Positions 1 to 12,531 of a stretch of DNA of 64,000 bases are shown piece after piece; positions within the stretch are counted from its first letter, which is position 1, and each line of letters opens with the position of its first letter. Both the position numbers and the translations under genes were made by a program. The notes under the pieces were generated by a model that was given only the letters and a program-made list of their open reading frames with translations, did not search any database and had not been told where the DNA came from. Source of the DNA: Candidatus Obscuribacteraceae bacterium (lineage in GTDB: Bacteria; Cyanobacteriota; Vampirovibrionia; Obscuribacterales; Obscuribacteraceae); assembly GCA_044226015.1 (NCBI GenBank), contig JBGAHS010000001.1:864001-928000 (forward strand). Direction: 5' to 3'.

Positions 1-277
1 TTTGAGAGAGGTTCAAAGTCGTTTAGATATGAACCCAGTTGATACTGAGGCTCTTTCATATCTCGCCGTTCTATCCAGTCTGGATGCCCAGGCGAAATCG
101 TTCCAGCAAGCAATGATTCAGGGCATCAGGATAGACCTTCCCAAGTCACCATCTGAAAGTACCGTGCCTGCTAAAGGAGCGAATCTCGAAGCTAACGCCG
201 CAAAAGCAAATTCCACTGGCGAAGTGAAGTCCAGCGAAGATAGAGCGAGTTCTGTTCATCCCTCAGTTAAGCCTTAG
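1..277 (+). CDS. C-terminal fragment of a hypothetical protein (runs in from the window edge)
   Basis: Frame is open from position 2 to the stop at 277 and converges on rlmN; low-complexity Ser/Ala tail; no recognisable motif. Confidence 0.55.
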   Translation, partial: LREVQSRLDMNPVDTEALSYLAVLSSLDAQAKSFQQAMIQGIRIDLPKSPSESTVPAKGANLEANAAKANSTGEVKSSEDRASSVHPSVKP

Positions 278-1337
278 CAGACTTTTCCTGAAAAGCATTA
301 TGCAGCTGGCCGCAAGCTGCGTTGATATCAGTTCCCCGTTCGAGGCGGATTGTCACCGTTTTTCCGGTGGACTCCGCAATTCTCTTGAATTTTTGCTGCG
401 CCTCGATGCTTGGTCGCTCATAAACTACTGCGCCGTCTTTTGCTCGAGTTGGGTTGTAGGGAATCAAGTTGATGTTGCAGTGCAGGTCTTTCACCAGACG
501 AGCCAGTTCTTCTGCTTGTTCTGGGTAGTCAGTGACATCGGCAAGCATCACATATTCAATGGTTATTCTTCTTCCCGTGCGATCATAATATTTGTGCAAA
601 GCTTTCATCAAATCTGGAATAGGAAATTTCTGATTTATAGGAACTATGGCGTCTCTTGTCACTGTATCTGGTGCGTGAAGTGAAAGCGCAAGTGTGATTT
701 GAAGATCTTCTTCGGCCAATCGATTGATACCATTTACGATACCAGAAGTTGAGACTGTGATGTGCCTTTGCCCGATTCCAACCGAATTGATAACTGTGTG
801 TAGTGATTTAATCACTTCCTCAGTGTTCAGCAGTGGTTCTCCTTGTCCCATATAAACTATGTTAGAGATTCGCTTCTTGCTTTCGCGCTGAATACCCATA
901 ACCTGATCTACGATTTCCTGGGACGTCAGGTTTCGTTTGAAGCCCATGTATCCCGTTGCACAGAAAGTGCATCCGACTGCGCATCCGACCTGGCTCGATA
1001 CACAGGCCGATAGGCTGTCACGGTCGGCGAATGTCATTAATACAGACTCCACCATTTGCCCGTCAGGCAGTTCGAAGAGATATTTGCAGGTGCCGTCAAA
1101 ACTTCTTTCAAAATGTGCCATTTTGAGAAAGGGTACAGTGAATTTCGAGCTGAGCTGATCTCTTAAGTCTTTTGACAAATCGCTCATTTCATCGAAGGAT
1201 TCAGCGTATTTTGCGTAGATCCAACTATGTATTTGTCTTGCTCGAAACGCCGGAAGTCCCATTGCTTTGATAAGCTTAGTCATTTCTTCCAGTGTTTTGC
1301 CTGACAAAGCGATACGTTCATCGCCGGCTGTGTTCAT
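267..1337 (-). CDS. rlmN: 23S rRNA (adenine2503-C2)/tRNA methyltransferase RlmN (radical SAM)
   Basis: CVSSQVGCAVGCTFCATG (CxxxCxxC), MGQGEPLLN, ITVSTSG, NLIPYNP, DINAACGQL. Start moved to the ATG at 1337 (GGAGA 8 nt upstream); the ORF track start is 1430. Confidence 0.95.
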   Translation of the reverse strand: MNTAGDERIALSGKTLEEMTKLIKAMGLPAFRARQIHSWIYAKYAESFDEMSDLSKDLRDQLSSKFTVPFLKMAHFERSFDGTCKYLFELPDGQMVESVLMTFADRDSLSACVSSQVGCAVGCTFCATGYMGFKRNLTSQEIVDQVMGIQRESKKRISNIVYMGQGEPLLNTEEVIKSLHTVINSVGIGQRHITVSTSGIVNGINRLAEEDLQITLALSLHAPDTVTRDAIVPINQKFPIPDLMKALHKYYDRTGRRITIEYVMLADVTDYPEQAEELARLVKDLHCNINLIPYNPTRAKDGAVVYERPSIEAQQKFKRIAESTGKTVTIRLERGTDINAACGQLHNAFQEKSAKA

Positions 1338-1658
1338 TTCAATTTCTCCGTCGGTGAGCATCTCTGGTTCGCGGACTCTCGCGCTTGGCATGCCGGTTTT
1401 TGCCAGAGGTATACAGAGTAAATTTATCATTTATTATTTCAAATTCCCGATTTTACTGCTTAATCGGCTCCCTATTTTTTTTGAAGTTTGTCTTTCGCCC
1501 CCTCAACAGAGCGTTTAGCGGCTCAGGGAAGTTTTTTGAGTTCTTAAGCGGGACTCTGAAGAGAAACTGATGGTTTGTGGATGTCAGTAACCGGCGTGAT
1601 AGAATTCTTCTCTGTAATTGCTGTTTTTGCAGCAGCCACTTTAGGAGCGAATTACTCA

Positions 1659-4946
<3,288 letters not shown>

Positions 4947-4952
4947 CGGACA

Positions 4953-5693
4953 ATGCGATTCCTATCCTTTGACAGCAGTGGCATGAATGTGCAGCTAGCT
5001 CTGCTAGACGAAGGCAAAATCGTCTTTGAGCAAAGCATTCCACCGACTCAGGTTAACCGCCAGGAGTCGGCTTCTGTGCTGCTTCCGTCAATCGACGAAG
5101 CGCTGAAAGAACTGTCATGGGACAAGGCGAGTCTCGACCTCATTACTGTTGGAGTTGGTCCGGGAAGCTTTACGGGTGTTCGTGTTTCAGTAATTACCGC
5201 TCGAACCATTGCTCAGGGACTTCGTCTGGCTGTCTACCCCGTTTCCCTTTTGGAGGTTTTGGCAGCAACAGTAGAGCGGCCTTGTTCAATTGTGCTCTCC
5301 GCGGGTGGTGGCAAATTTTACACCGCTGCTTACGGAGCCGATTTAGCCGGCAGTGATAAAGGCGAACTCTTTGCTCCCCGCTGTACCGATCTTGAAGAAA
5401 CGAAGTCAGCTCTCGCTTCGCTATCTTCTGTGCAGCACCTCCTGCTCGACAATGGCTTGGAAGAAGCTCAGTTCATCAATGGTAAAAGCCTCGTAGCGTA
5501 TCCCTCATCAATCAATGTAGCTACTGTTGGCGCCTTGCTCAGCTGGGAGCGCTTGCTCAATCTGGCTGATAAACTTAACCGAAATTCGCTTGCAGCACTG
5601 TTTCCATGGGATAATGTGCTGCCTCTTTATTTACGAAGTCCCTCTGTAACCTTAAAGTCAAATGGAAGTTCTAGTAAGACGTCTCACTGTTGA
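4953..5693 (+). CDS. tsaB: tRNA threonylcarbamoyladenosine biosynthesis protein TsaB
   Basis: LSFDSS N-terminus, VGVGPGSFTGVRV, C-terminal PLYLR; upstream of rimI as is usual. Confidence 0.93.
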   Translation: MRFLSFDSSGMNVQLALLDEGKIVFEQSIPPTQVNRQESASVLLPSIDEALKELSWDKASLDLITVGVGPGSFTGVRVSVITARTIAQGLRLAVYPVSLLEVLAATVERPCSIVLSAGGGKFYTAAYGADLAGSDKGELFAPRCTDLEETKSALASLSSVQHLLLDNGLEEAQFINGKSLVAYPSSINVATVGALLSWERLLNLADKLNRNSLAALFPWDNVLPLYLRSPSVTLKSNGSSSKTSHC

Positions 5694-6231
5694 TGATCTG
5701 AATCAGGTCATGGAAATTGAACCTGTGGCTTTCGGAAGCCATCACTGGTCGCGTCATTCCTTCATCAACGAGCTTGAAAATCCAGGTGGTACCTACTTTT
5801 GCGCTGTCGAGTCAAGTACAGGAACTTTATGTGCTTATTCAGGTTTCTGGCTCATTGATGATGAAGCGCATATCACCACCCTCGCCGTTCACCCCGATTA
5901 CCGCCGAAAAGGTATAGGGGAATTAATGCTCATAAACAATATACAAACGGCAATGAAAGTGGGTGCGAAGCGTATGACTCTGGAGGTAAGAGTGTCGAAT
6001 GATCCCGCACAGAAGCTCTATTATAAGTATGGTTTTAAGAGCATGGGGCTAAGACGAAAGTATTATCAGGACAACAGTGAGGACGCACTGGTACTCTGGA
6101 TGGAGGATATTCGTTGCGACGAGTTTCTCGAATTATTAGATAAGAGCATTGCCGCTTGGGAAGCAAACAAAAATCGAGTAAGCTTGAATAGTCCTTTATC
6201 GCAAACGAACAATATCACTACGAAAAGTTAG
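5662..6231 (+). CDS. rimI: Ribosomal protein S18 alanine N-acetyltransferase RimI (GNAT)
   Basis: EAHITTLAVHPDYRRKGIG, TLEVRVSN, RRKYYQDNSEDALVLW; overlaps the 3' end of tsaB. Confidence 0.93.
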   Translation: MEVLVRRLTVDDLNQVMEIEPVAFGSHHWSRHSFINELENPGGTYFCAVESSTGTLCAYSGFWLIDDEAHITTLAVHPDYRRKGIGELMLINNIQTAMKVGAKRMTLEVRVSNDPAQKLYYKYGFKSMGLRRKYYQDNSEDALVLWMEDIRCDEFLELLDKSIAAWEANKNRVSLNSPLSQTNNITTKS

Positions 6232-6254
6232 ACGCACTTAAGAGGAGTCATCAA

Positions 6255-7097
6255 TTGCCATCAGGTTTTACGAAAAATCTGCGCAGTTTGAGGAAACGGT
6301 CTTTTCTAGGCCAAATAGTGATCACCTTACTTTCGCTGGAGCTTCTATTTTTCGCTTCCTTTATCTCTGTGCCGTTGCCGACCCCAACGAGCAGAAACAT
6401 TCAGCTTTATGTTCAAAATACAGCCAAGGAATTGTTCACGGTCAGTCTCTCTCAGAAGCCTGAACTGAAACAAAAAGTCGAAGAACAAATTCCCTTCTTC
6501 AAGGAGCCTCCTTCTGGCTCGGTGCGCTTCGGAACCTATGTGCCCTTGCTTCCTATAGCAGTTGCGCTGGGCTACATTATAGGTTCTCCACTGATTCTCA
6601 TTGTCACAGGACTCTATTTAATGCTTGGACTGCTGGGTAATAACAATGGACTGTTCTTGTTTGCGTCTGGCGGCGGAACCTCGTACATCAATGAACCTGG
6701 TTTTGGTTATCTGCTTGGTATCATGGGTGGTGCATGGTTCGCAGGGTTCATATGCCCTGACGAAGAACGTAAGAGTTGGCGTCAGATTCTTGCTTCAGTA
6801 GTCGGCGTTTTGATTGTTCATGCCATTGGTTTGTCGATTGTATTCGGCAGCAGCATCGGTGTTCTTCTATTTGAGGGTGAGCAGGCTTATCTCTCGTTTC
6901 AGCCCTGGCTTTCCGAACAGCTTCGAAATCTCAGCTGGTATACCCTGCCTTACGATTTGCTGTTTGCTACAATGTTAATTGCTCTGGTTTTTCCATTGCG
7001 ACTATTGTTTACGATGCTTATGAGCCCCGATATTTCAAGCCGGCACCGTCCGCGCGTCGATACTCAGCTTGAAGTTTTGCAGGAAAGCGGCGTTTAG
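6255..7097 (+). CDS. bioY: Biotin transporter BioY family
   Basis: YLMLGLLG...FASGGGTSYINEPGFGYLLG signature and multiple TM helices; TTG start after AGAGGAG. Confidence 0.8.
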   Translation: MPSGFTKNLRSLRKRSFLGQIVITLLSLELLFFASFISVPLPTPTSRNIQLYVQNTAKELFTVSLSQKPELKQKVEEQIPFFKEPPSGSVRFGTYVPLLPIAVALGYIIGSPLILIVTGLYLMLGLLGNNNGLFLFASGGGTSYINEPGFGYLLGIMGGAWFAGFICPDEERKSWRQILASVVGVLIVHAIGLSIVFGSSIGVLLFEGEQAYLSFQPWLSEQLRNLSWYTLPYDLLFATMLIALVFPLRLLFTMLMSPDISSRHRPRVDTQLEVLQESGV

Positions 7098-7100
7098 TTC

Positions 7101-8036
7101 ATGAAACTACCTCGATTCCTTGAAGATCCGCAAAAGCGGAATGTAGTTTTTGCTTCCTTAGCAGGAGTAGCTGCAGCCGCTGGACTAGGTGCATACTTGT
7201 ACGCTAGCAAGGTCGAGTCGCGCAGTTATAAGCTCGATTCCCTCAGAGTTGACACAGGAATGAAGCGGGCCGAGCTATCTTCCAGCGACGATGACGTCAC
7301 CCGTCTGCGAATTTTACACATTTCGGATTTGCATCTTTCAAAGCCAGAAACGCATAAAATTGAGTTTCTGCGCAGAGCTACTGATGCGCAATACGACATG
7401 ATTGTCATAACTGGCGACATATTCGAGAATTATTCAGGCATGGAGTACGCCTCTCAAATAATCGCTAGACCTCCTCGCTTAGGTACTTTTGCCGTTCTGG
7501 GCAATCACGATTACTTCAATTACTCGATGATGCATCGCACCATCGGTAGAGTCATAAGAAAATTTCGCTCTCCCAAGGCAAAACGTGATGTTCAGCCAAT
7601 GGTAGAGGCACTCGAGGCAGCGGGAATAAGAGTCTTGCGTAATGAAGCTGTCACCTTGCACGATGAAAAATTGCATATTGTAGGAATTGATTATCCAGGA
7701 ATAGCCGAACATGAGCTACAGCGACTGTCTAAAGAGGCACCGCCTGGATATTTCGTGATGGCGCTAGTGCACGTGCCCGAAAGACTTGAGCGTCTTTCTC
7801 GTGCAAACATCGACCTTGCTTTCGGCGGTCATACGCACGGTGGACAAATTCGCATTCCCGGTTGGGGTCCTCTGATTACTAATTCTGATTTACCGCGTCA
7901 TGAAGCCTCTGGGCTCATCTGGAGAGGTAATACAGCTATTCATGTTTCAAGGGGTATAGGGGCTGACCCTCGTACCAATTTTCGACTTTTCTGTCCGCCA
8001 CATGGCAGTGTCATAGAGTTGTGTCATAGAAGCTAA
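7101..8036 (+). CDS. Membrane-anchored metallophosphoesterase (YkuE/YaeI-like)
   Basis: Calcineurin-like motifs HISDLH, TGD, LGNHD, H and GHTHGGQ; N-terminal hydrophobic anchor. Confidence 0.9.
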   Translation: MKLPRFLEDPQKRNVVFASLAGVAAAAGLGAYLYASKVESRSYKLDSLRVDTGMKRAELSSSDDDVTRLRILHISDLHLSKPETHKIEFLRRATDAQYDMIVITGDIFENYSGMEYASQIIARPPRLGTFAVLGNHDYFNYSMMHRTIGRVIRKFRSPKAKRDVQPMVEALEAAGIRVLRNEAVTLHDEKLHIVGIDYPGIAEHELQRLSKEAPPGYFVMALVHVPERLERLSRANIDLAFGGHTHGGQIRIPGWGPLITNSDLPRHEASGLIWRGNTAIHVSRGIGADPRTNFRLFCPPHGSVIELCHRS

Positions 8037-8046
8037 TATCCAAGTT

Positions 8047-8781
8047 ATGGATCAACAAACCAGCGCAACAATAAATCTAATCGGGATGCTCTTTGATGCT
8101 GCTGGTGGGCTCTACCTCGCTTACGATTTGTTGGGTGGCGAAAAAGGACCCCTGAGCACGTTTACGCGCATTTTTACCTATAGCTTTATCATCAGCAGCA
8201 TTTATTCGCTTACTATGGGGCTTCGCTTTGGCTTGCTTGCTGGAGTTGCTCTGGGCGTTGCCATAGGACTGCAGCTTGACCGCCTTGGTCGGAATCTAAA
8301 GGATACAAAAGGTTTTTTGTTTGGAATTTCTTTGTTGCGAGGTCTTGGTCTTGGTGCGGCCGTCGCCACCATTGATGGTGTCACTAGCGCCTCTATTGTA
8401 GGTGCCATTACCTTTCTGGCATCAATGATTTTACCCAGCTTTGGTATCTCGCCTGAGCTGTTGAAAGACACTGACAAGCGACCCAGGCTAAGTAAGCGAA
8501 AGCTTTTACTCGTTGTCGTGTTCCTTCTAATCGCATTGTTGTGTGATTTCCTTTTCCTGGCATTGGGAGTAAGTCAATCGCAGAGTTCATTTCAAAATAT
8601 GGTGAAGATAAGCTCGATTGTGGTAGTCGCAATACTATTCGTAAGCTACATAAGTCCAACAATTGAGTGGTATGCCGATAATGTTGAGCCGCGCGTACTT
8701 GGCTATGTAGGGGCTGTTCTTTTTACAATCGGATTCTTCATTCAATCGCTGCCTTCCCTGCTCATCGTTTTGAGTAAATAA
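8047..8781 (+). CDS. Hypothetical integral membrane protein
   Basis: 244 aa with about 7-8 hydrophobic segments; last gene of the secA-led run, 10-nt gap. Confidence 0.75.
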   Translation: MDQQTSATINLIGMLFDAAGGLYLAYDLLGGEKGPLSTFTRIFTYSFIISSIYSLTMGLRFGLLAGVALGVAIGLQLDRLGRNLKDTKGFLFGISLLRGLGLGAAVATIDGVTSASIVGAITFLASMILPSFGISPELLKDTDKRPRLSKRKLLLVVVFLLIALLCDFLFLALGVSQSQSSFQNMVKISSIVVVAILFVSYISPTIEWYADNVEPRVLGYVGAVLFTIGFFIQSLPSLLIVLSK

Positions 8782-8892
8782 GCAGGATTCGAGACGAGAA
8801 GCAGAATTTAGTTATTTCGAGAATTTCAGTCATTATTTTGCGTAAAAATCATCGATTTTGGGAACTGCAAAAGAAGAAATAGGGAGCTATTC

Positions 8893-9822
8893 ATGTCTGC
8901 TGATCCATACGACGAGGTCCTAAAAACTGCCGAGGCGTCGCTGCGAGACACAGTCTCGCGACTTGGCAATTCTCATCCTGAAACCTACGCGATGTTAAAG
9001 CAATACATTGCTTTGCTGAGACAGTGCGGTCGGACGGAACAGGCGGACAAGCTCGATGTCAGAGCACAAGCTCTGAAAGACATTCTTGACCGTGAGCAAG
9101 CGGAAAAAGCCAGGGCGAAAGCTGAGGAAGAGGCCAAAGAAGCTGCCCGAAAGGCTGAAGAAGAAGCCAAGGCTGCCAGCGCTGCCCTTGAAGCTGCAAA
9201 AGCTCAGGAAGAAGCAGTAAAAGCCGCTAAAGCGGCAGAAAAAGCCCAGGAAGAGGCCCTGGCAAAAGCTGTAATGGCTATGCAATCGCCCCAGCAGACA
9301 GAAGCTGACAAGAAAAGTGAGTTAGCAAAAAAGGCGCAGAAGGCCAAGGCTGCGGCTGAAGAGGGCGTTTTTGACCTCGATATGTTCGAGGATGATGACG
9401 AAGAAAGCCTTGCCCTTGCTCTCGAGTTGGTTAAAGAAACTCCAGAACTTGCTGCACCAAAAGCCGCAGAGCCTGTAGCTGAGCCGGTGAAACAGGCTGC
9501 TTCTGACGAGCCCGTTTTCCTTTTTAACAGCCATGGAGAGCACATTGCCGTTGCCTGTGACAAAGCGCTCTTTTCTCCGCAAGGAGAGAATATAGGACGC
9601 TTGCTGGAAGACTACGATGTATATCTTGACCGTAATGGCTGGTATCTTGGTCAAATAGTGGACGGCAACCGGCTTGCGCGCGACGAAGCCTGGATACATC
9701 GCCATCTGAACTTTGGTGACCGTGGCAATGAGGGCGACCGTGCTGGTTGGGGCAGAATTGCTGATGTAGAGCGAACTTACTTTGACCGTGGTTTTGAAGA
9801 TGTGAAGTTAGGTAGTGAGTAG
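8893..9822 (+). CDS. Hypothetical protein: TPR-like N-terminus, Ala/Glu/Lys helical linker, C-terminal 4-fold beta-flower-like domain
   Basis: LGNSHPETYAMLKQYIALLRQCGR (kinesin-light-chain-type TPR); repeats LFNSHGEHIA / LFSPQGENIG / YLDRNGWYLG; GGGAG RBS. Confidence 0.7.
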   Translation: MSADPYDEVLKTAEASLRDTVSRLGNSHPETYAMLKQYIALLRQCGRTEQADKLDVRAQALKDILDREQAEKARAKAEEEAKEAARKAEEEAKAASAALEAAKAQEEAVKAAKAAEKAQEEALAKAVMAMQSPQQTEADKKSELAKKAQKAKAAAEEGVFDLDMFEDDDEESLALALELVKETPELAAPKAAEPVAEPVKQAASDEPVFLFNSHGEHIAVACDKALFSPQGENIGRLLEDYDVYLDRNGWYLGQIVDGNRLARDEAWIHRHLNFGDRGNEGDRAGWGRIADVERTYFDRGFEDVKLGSE

Positions 9823-9883
9823 GCTCAGGCGCTTGCACCATATACGCTACCATCGCCAGTGGCTCGTCTTGCTTACGTTAAGC

Positions 9884-10597
9884 TTAGCCTGGTCTGCGAT
9901 ACATCAGGCGGAATGTGGCTGAGTCTTGCCATAGCAATGCCGGTTCTACTTTTCTGTGCCATTCATGATTTTGCCATACTCTGTGACCAGCACGTAATTC
10001 GTTAAGACAGCGAACTATGGAGTCTTCGTCGCTAGCCTCGTAGATTGTCAAACGACGTGTCTGTTCACGATTGATGCTAGCGTAGCGTCTGCATGCGATC
10101 CATCCTGGAATATCCGCTATTTGAATCGGTAAGTAGGACTCCTGATACCACTCCTGGAATTCTTCGTCGACTTCAGGTTTCATTTCATGTTGCCAGACAA
10201 AAATCGGTCGATTTCCGAATGGTCCGTCCCAGGGAAGACGCTCATGAGACCATGTGTTCAGAAAGGTTATTCTTGAAAAATTGCGCAGATGATTGTTTTT
10301 CCATTGCTGGAATTCACCAACGAGATCGGCTACAGCTGGTCGTTTGAAGAGGTCATCGCAGTTCTCTACGTCAAATTCTGAGCTGAGTTCGTAGATTGTC
10401 CAGAACTGTTTGTTGTACCAGCGCAAACTTCCATTTGTGCCAATTTCCTCATAACGTCTAATGGAAACTATTTCCGGGCAGTCTCTCAGCATGGCTGGAA
10501 GAAAACGATGTTGATAAAACGCGTTGAATTCAGATTCCTTTTCCGGTGGAACGGATAATGTGACCACCATTATTGGTTTTGCAGCCATTGATAACAC
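9884..10597 (-). CDS. Tandem dimeric alpha/beta-barrel (DUF4286/EthD-like) protein
   Basis: Two similar halves: ESEFNAFYQHRFLP...SIRRYE...TIYEL and DEEFQEWYQESYLP...ACRRYA...TIYEA. The start may be the ATG at 10588. Confidence 0.7.
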   Translation of the reverse strand: MLSMAAKPIMVVTLSVPPEKESEFNAFYQHRFLPAMLRDCPEIVSIRRYEEIGTNGSLRWYNKQFWTIYELSSEFDVENCDDLFKRPAVADLVGEFQQWKNNHLRNFSRITFLNTWSHERLPWDGPFGNRPIFVWQHEMKPEVDEEFQEWYQESYLPIQIADIPGWIACRRYASINREQTRRLTIYEASDEDSIVRCLNELRAGHRVWQNHEWHRKVEPALLWQDSATFRLMYRRPG

Positions 10598-10697
10598 TCA
10601 CTTTTCGAGCTGATTCTGGTGTTGGATTATACTCCAAACAGATTCATTTTGATTCTTTATTGTAAGATCTGGCGTTCCGATCACTTGATTTTAGAAG

Positions 10698-11387
10698 GTG
10701 TATATGGCACTAAATACGAAATTTCCTTATGCAGTCTGTTCTTTGCTGCTTCTTCTTGCTTTAGTGGGAGCTGCACCCTTATCGGCTAAATCGAGCAAGC
10801 CCCCAAAGGCAAAGACTGAGGAAACGAAAAAACTAGAAGGAAGCGCGGCTGAGAATGGCGCTGCTTCTGAACCTGTCGATAGCGACTCGAGCAAACGTAT
10901 AGAGCAGCTGGAGAAGATGCAAGAGCGGCAGGAAGAGCTCTGGTCAAAATGGCGTGATGATCGTGATAAGCTGGATGCCCAGAGGCTCGAGCTGGAAAAG
11001 ACCCGAGTAGAGCTTGAAGAACCACGGCACAAGCTTGATTTAGAAAACGTGCAGATTGACGAAAAACGATTTAAATTGGATGAGAAAAATCATGAGCTTG
11101 AGATGCAGCGGAGGAAGCTGGATGAGGAGCGTGAAAAATTAAGCCAGCAGTTCAAAGAGTTAGATAAGCAACGAGACGATATTCGGCAAGAGCATAGAAG
11201 AATTGACCAGCAAAGACTCAAGACGGAGAAGCAGCGATTGAGCCTCGATGAAGTTTCCCACCAGCTTGATTTGCGTCGATTATCACTTGACGAAAGCTCA
11301 CGAAACATTCAACACGAGAAGAGAAAATTAGAAGAACAAAAGCGCAAAGCAGATCAGAAGAAGCGCGCCGAATCAAAAAAGAACTAG
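10698..11387 (+). CDS. Secreted coiled-coil protein with regular heptad repeats
   Basis: Signal-peptide-like N-terminus, then about 18 heptads of the type (K/E)L(D/E)xxRx. Confidence 0.75.
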   Translation: MYMALNTKFPYAVCSLLLLLALVGAAPLSAKSSKPPKAKTEETKKLEGSAAENGAASEPVDSDSSKRIEQLEKMQERQEELWSKWRDDRDKLDAQRLELEKTRVELEEPRHKLDLENVQIDEKRFKLDEKNHELEMQRRKLDEEREKLSQQFKELDKQRDDIRQEHRRIDQQRLKTEKQRLSLDEVSHQLDLRRLSLDESSRNIQHEKRKLEEQKRKADQKKRAESKKN

Positions 11388-11550
11388 GGTTTGAAAGTGT
11401 TTAAGCCTATCTGGACCCTGAATGATGATGCATCATTCAGCGGAGGACTGTGCATAAATTGACAGTCCATATTTACCCTGATGTCACGCATAATTCTCTA
11501 TATTCATAACAAGGTCAGAAACTGTTTTGAATAGCGATTTGCGAGGTTTC

Positions 11551-12315
11551 ATGAAATTGGCGTTTATTTTCGGCGGCTCGACCAGGCTATCTTTATTCCA
11601 ACTCACCCTTGCCTTTCTTCTCTTACTTTCGTTCTTTCAGGTTTCTCCTGCGTTTGCGCAGTACTATCAGAACTACGCTAGTAATAAAAATACGAACTCG
11701 CAGCAAAATGCAAACCTGCATCCAGGCATTCGACCCACTGGGGCTATTCCAGGCTCAAGGATGAATAGTCTAGAGCGGGCTTTGAATTCTGTTGAATCCA
11801 GAAGCAATTGGGCACAGGCGCCTGTATCTCCCGCAGGGCGAAGGATTGCGATGAATCCATTTGCGCAAATGCCTGCCAGAAATGTTGGGACGATATCGGC
11901 TCCAAATCCTGCCGGGTTTGGTGGATTTCCTGGTTTTAATAAGCAGGACTTGATGCGAATCTTCTTAGGTGGCTCTAGCACCGCTGGTGGTGCTAGCCGC
12001 GCGCCAGCGCCCAAGGACTTCTCCTCCCAAAATTCTAATGCCTATAATGCCTATCAGCGAGCTGAAAATGAATCGTCAAAAGCTCATGGCTGTGCCAATG
12101 GTGCAAGTTATGGAAATGATAAGTGGGGACGAAAGAACTATGCCGACCAGGCCGAGTATGCCGCAAATGCTGCTTACTACGCTGCGCAAGAAGCTCAGAA
12201 TGCTGCTTATAATGCCGGTTCTGAGGCTCAGGGCTATGCAAATCTAGCTAGAGCTGCTTCTGATCGTGCCAGAGCTGATGCGGACCGGGCTCGATACAAC
12301 GCTGATACTTTCTAG
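11551..12315 (+). CDS. Secreted hypothetical protein with Ala/Asn/Tyr-rich helical C-terminus
   Basis: Signal peptide ending SPAFA-Q; ATG at 11551 after GAGGT; the ORF track TTG start is 11527. Confidence 0.7.
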   Translation: MKLAFIFGGSTRLSLFQLTLAFLLLLSFFQVSPAFAQYYQNYASNKNTNSQQNANLHPGIRPTGAIPGSRMNSLERALNSVESRSNWAQAPVSPAGRRIAMNPFAQMPARNVGTISAPNPAGFGGFPGFNKQDLMRIFLGGSSTAGGASRAPAPKDFSSQNSNAYNAYQRAENESSKAHGCANGASYGNDKWGRKNYADQAEYAANAAYYAAQEAQNAAYNAGSEAQGYANLARAASDRARADADRARYNADTF

Positions 12316-12472
12316 TATTCTCTTTTTAACGATATTCAAGCAATCCGTTGCTATATGAATGTGTCGCCGGTGTGTCGCCGGATAATACAACGCATTTCTC
12401 TGATTGCTCATAGTCTTGTAATAGGCTAATGAGGATTCGACATGATACTTGTAGGTACAAGCGCATTTTTGT

Positions 12473-12499
12473 TTGACTCATCTGAGTTTCGTGTATAAT
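12473..12499 (+). promoter_or_regulatory. Putative sigma70-type promoter of the rtcB leader
   Basis: TTGACT (12473-78) and TATAAT (12494-99); the 15-nt spacer is short; palindrome ACTCA-TC-TGAGT overlaps the -35 and spacer. Confidence 0.5.
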
Positions 12500-12531
12500 G
12501 CGATAAGAGATATTTGATTGAGGTCAGCCAG

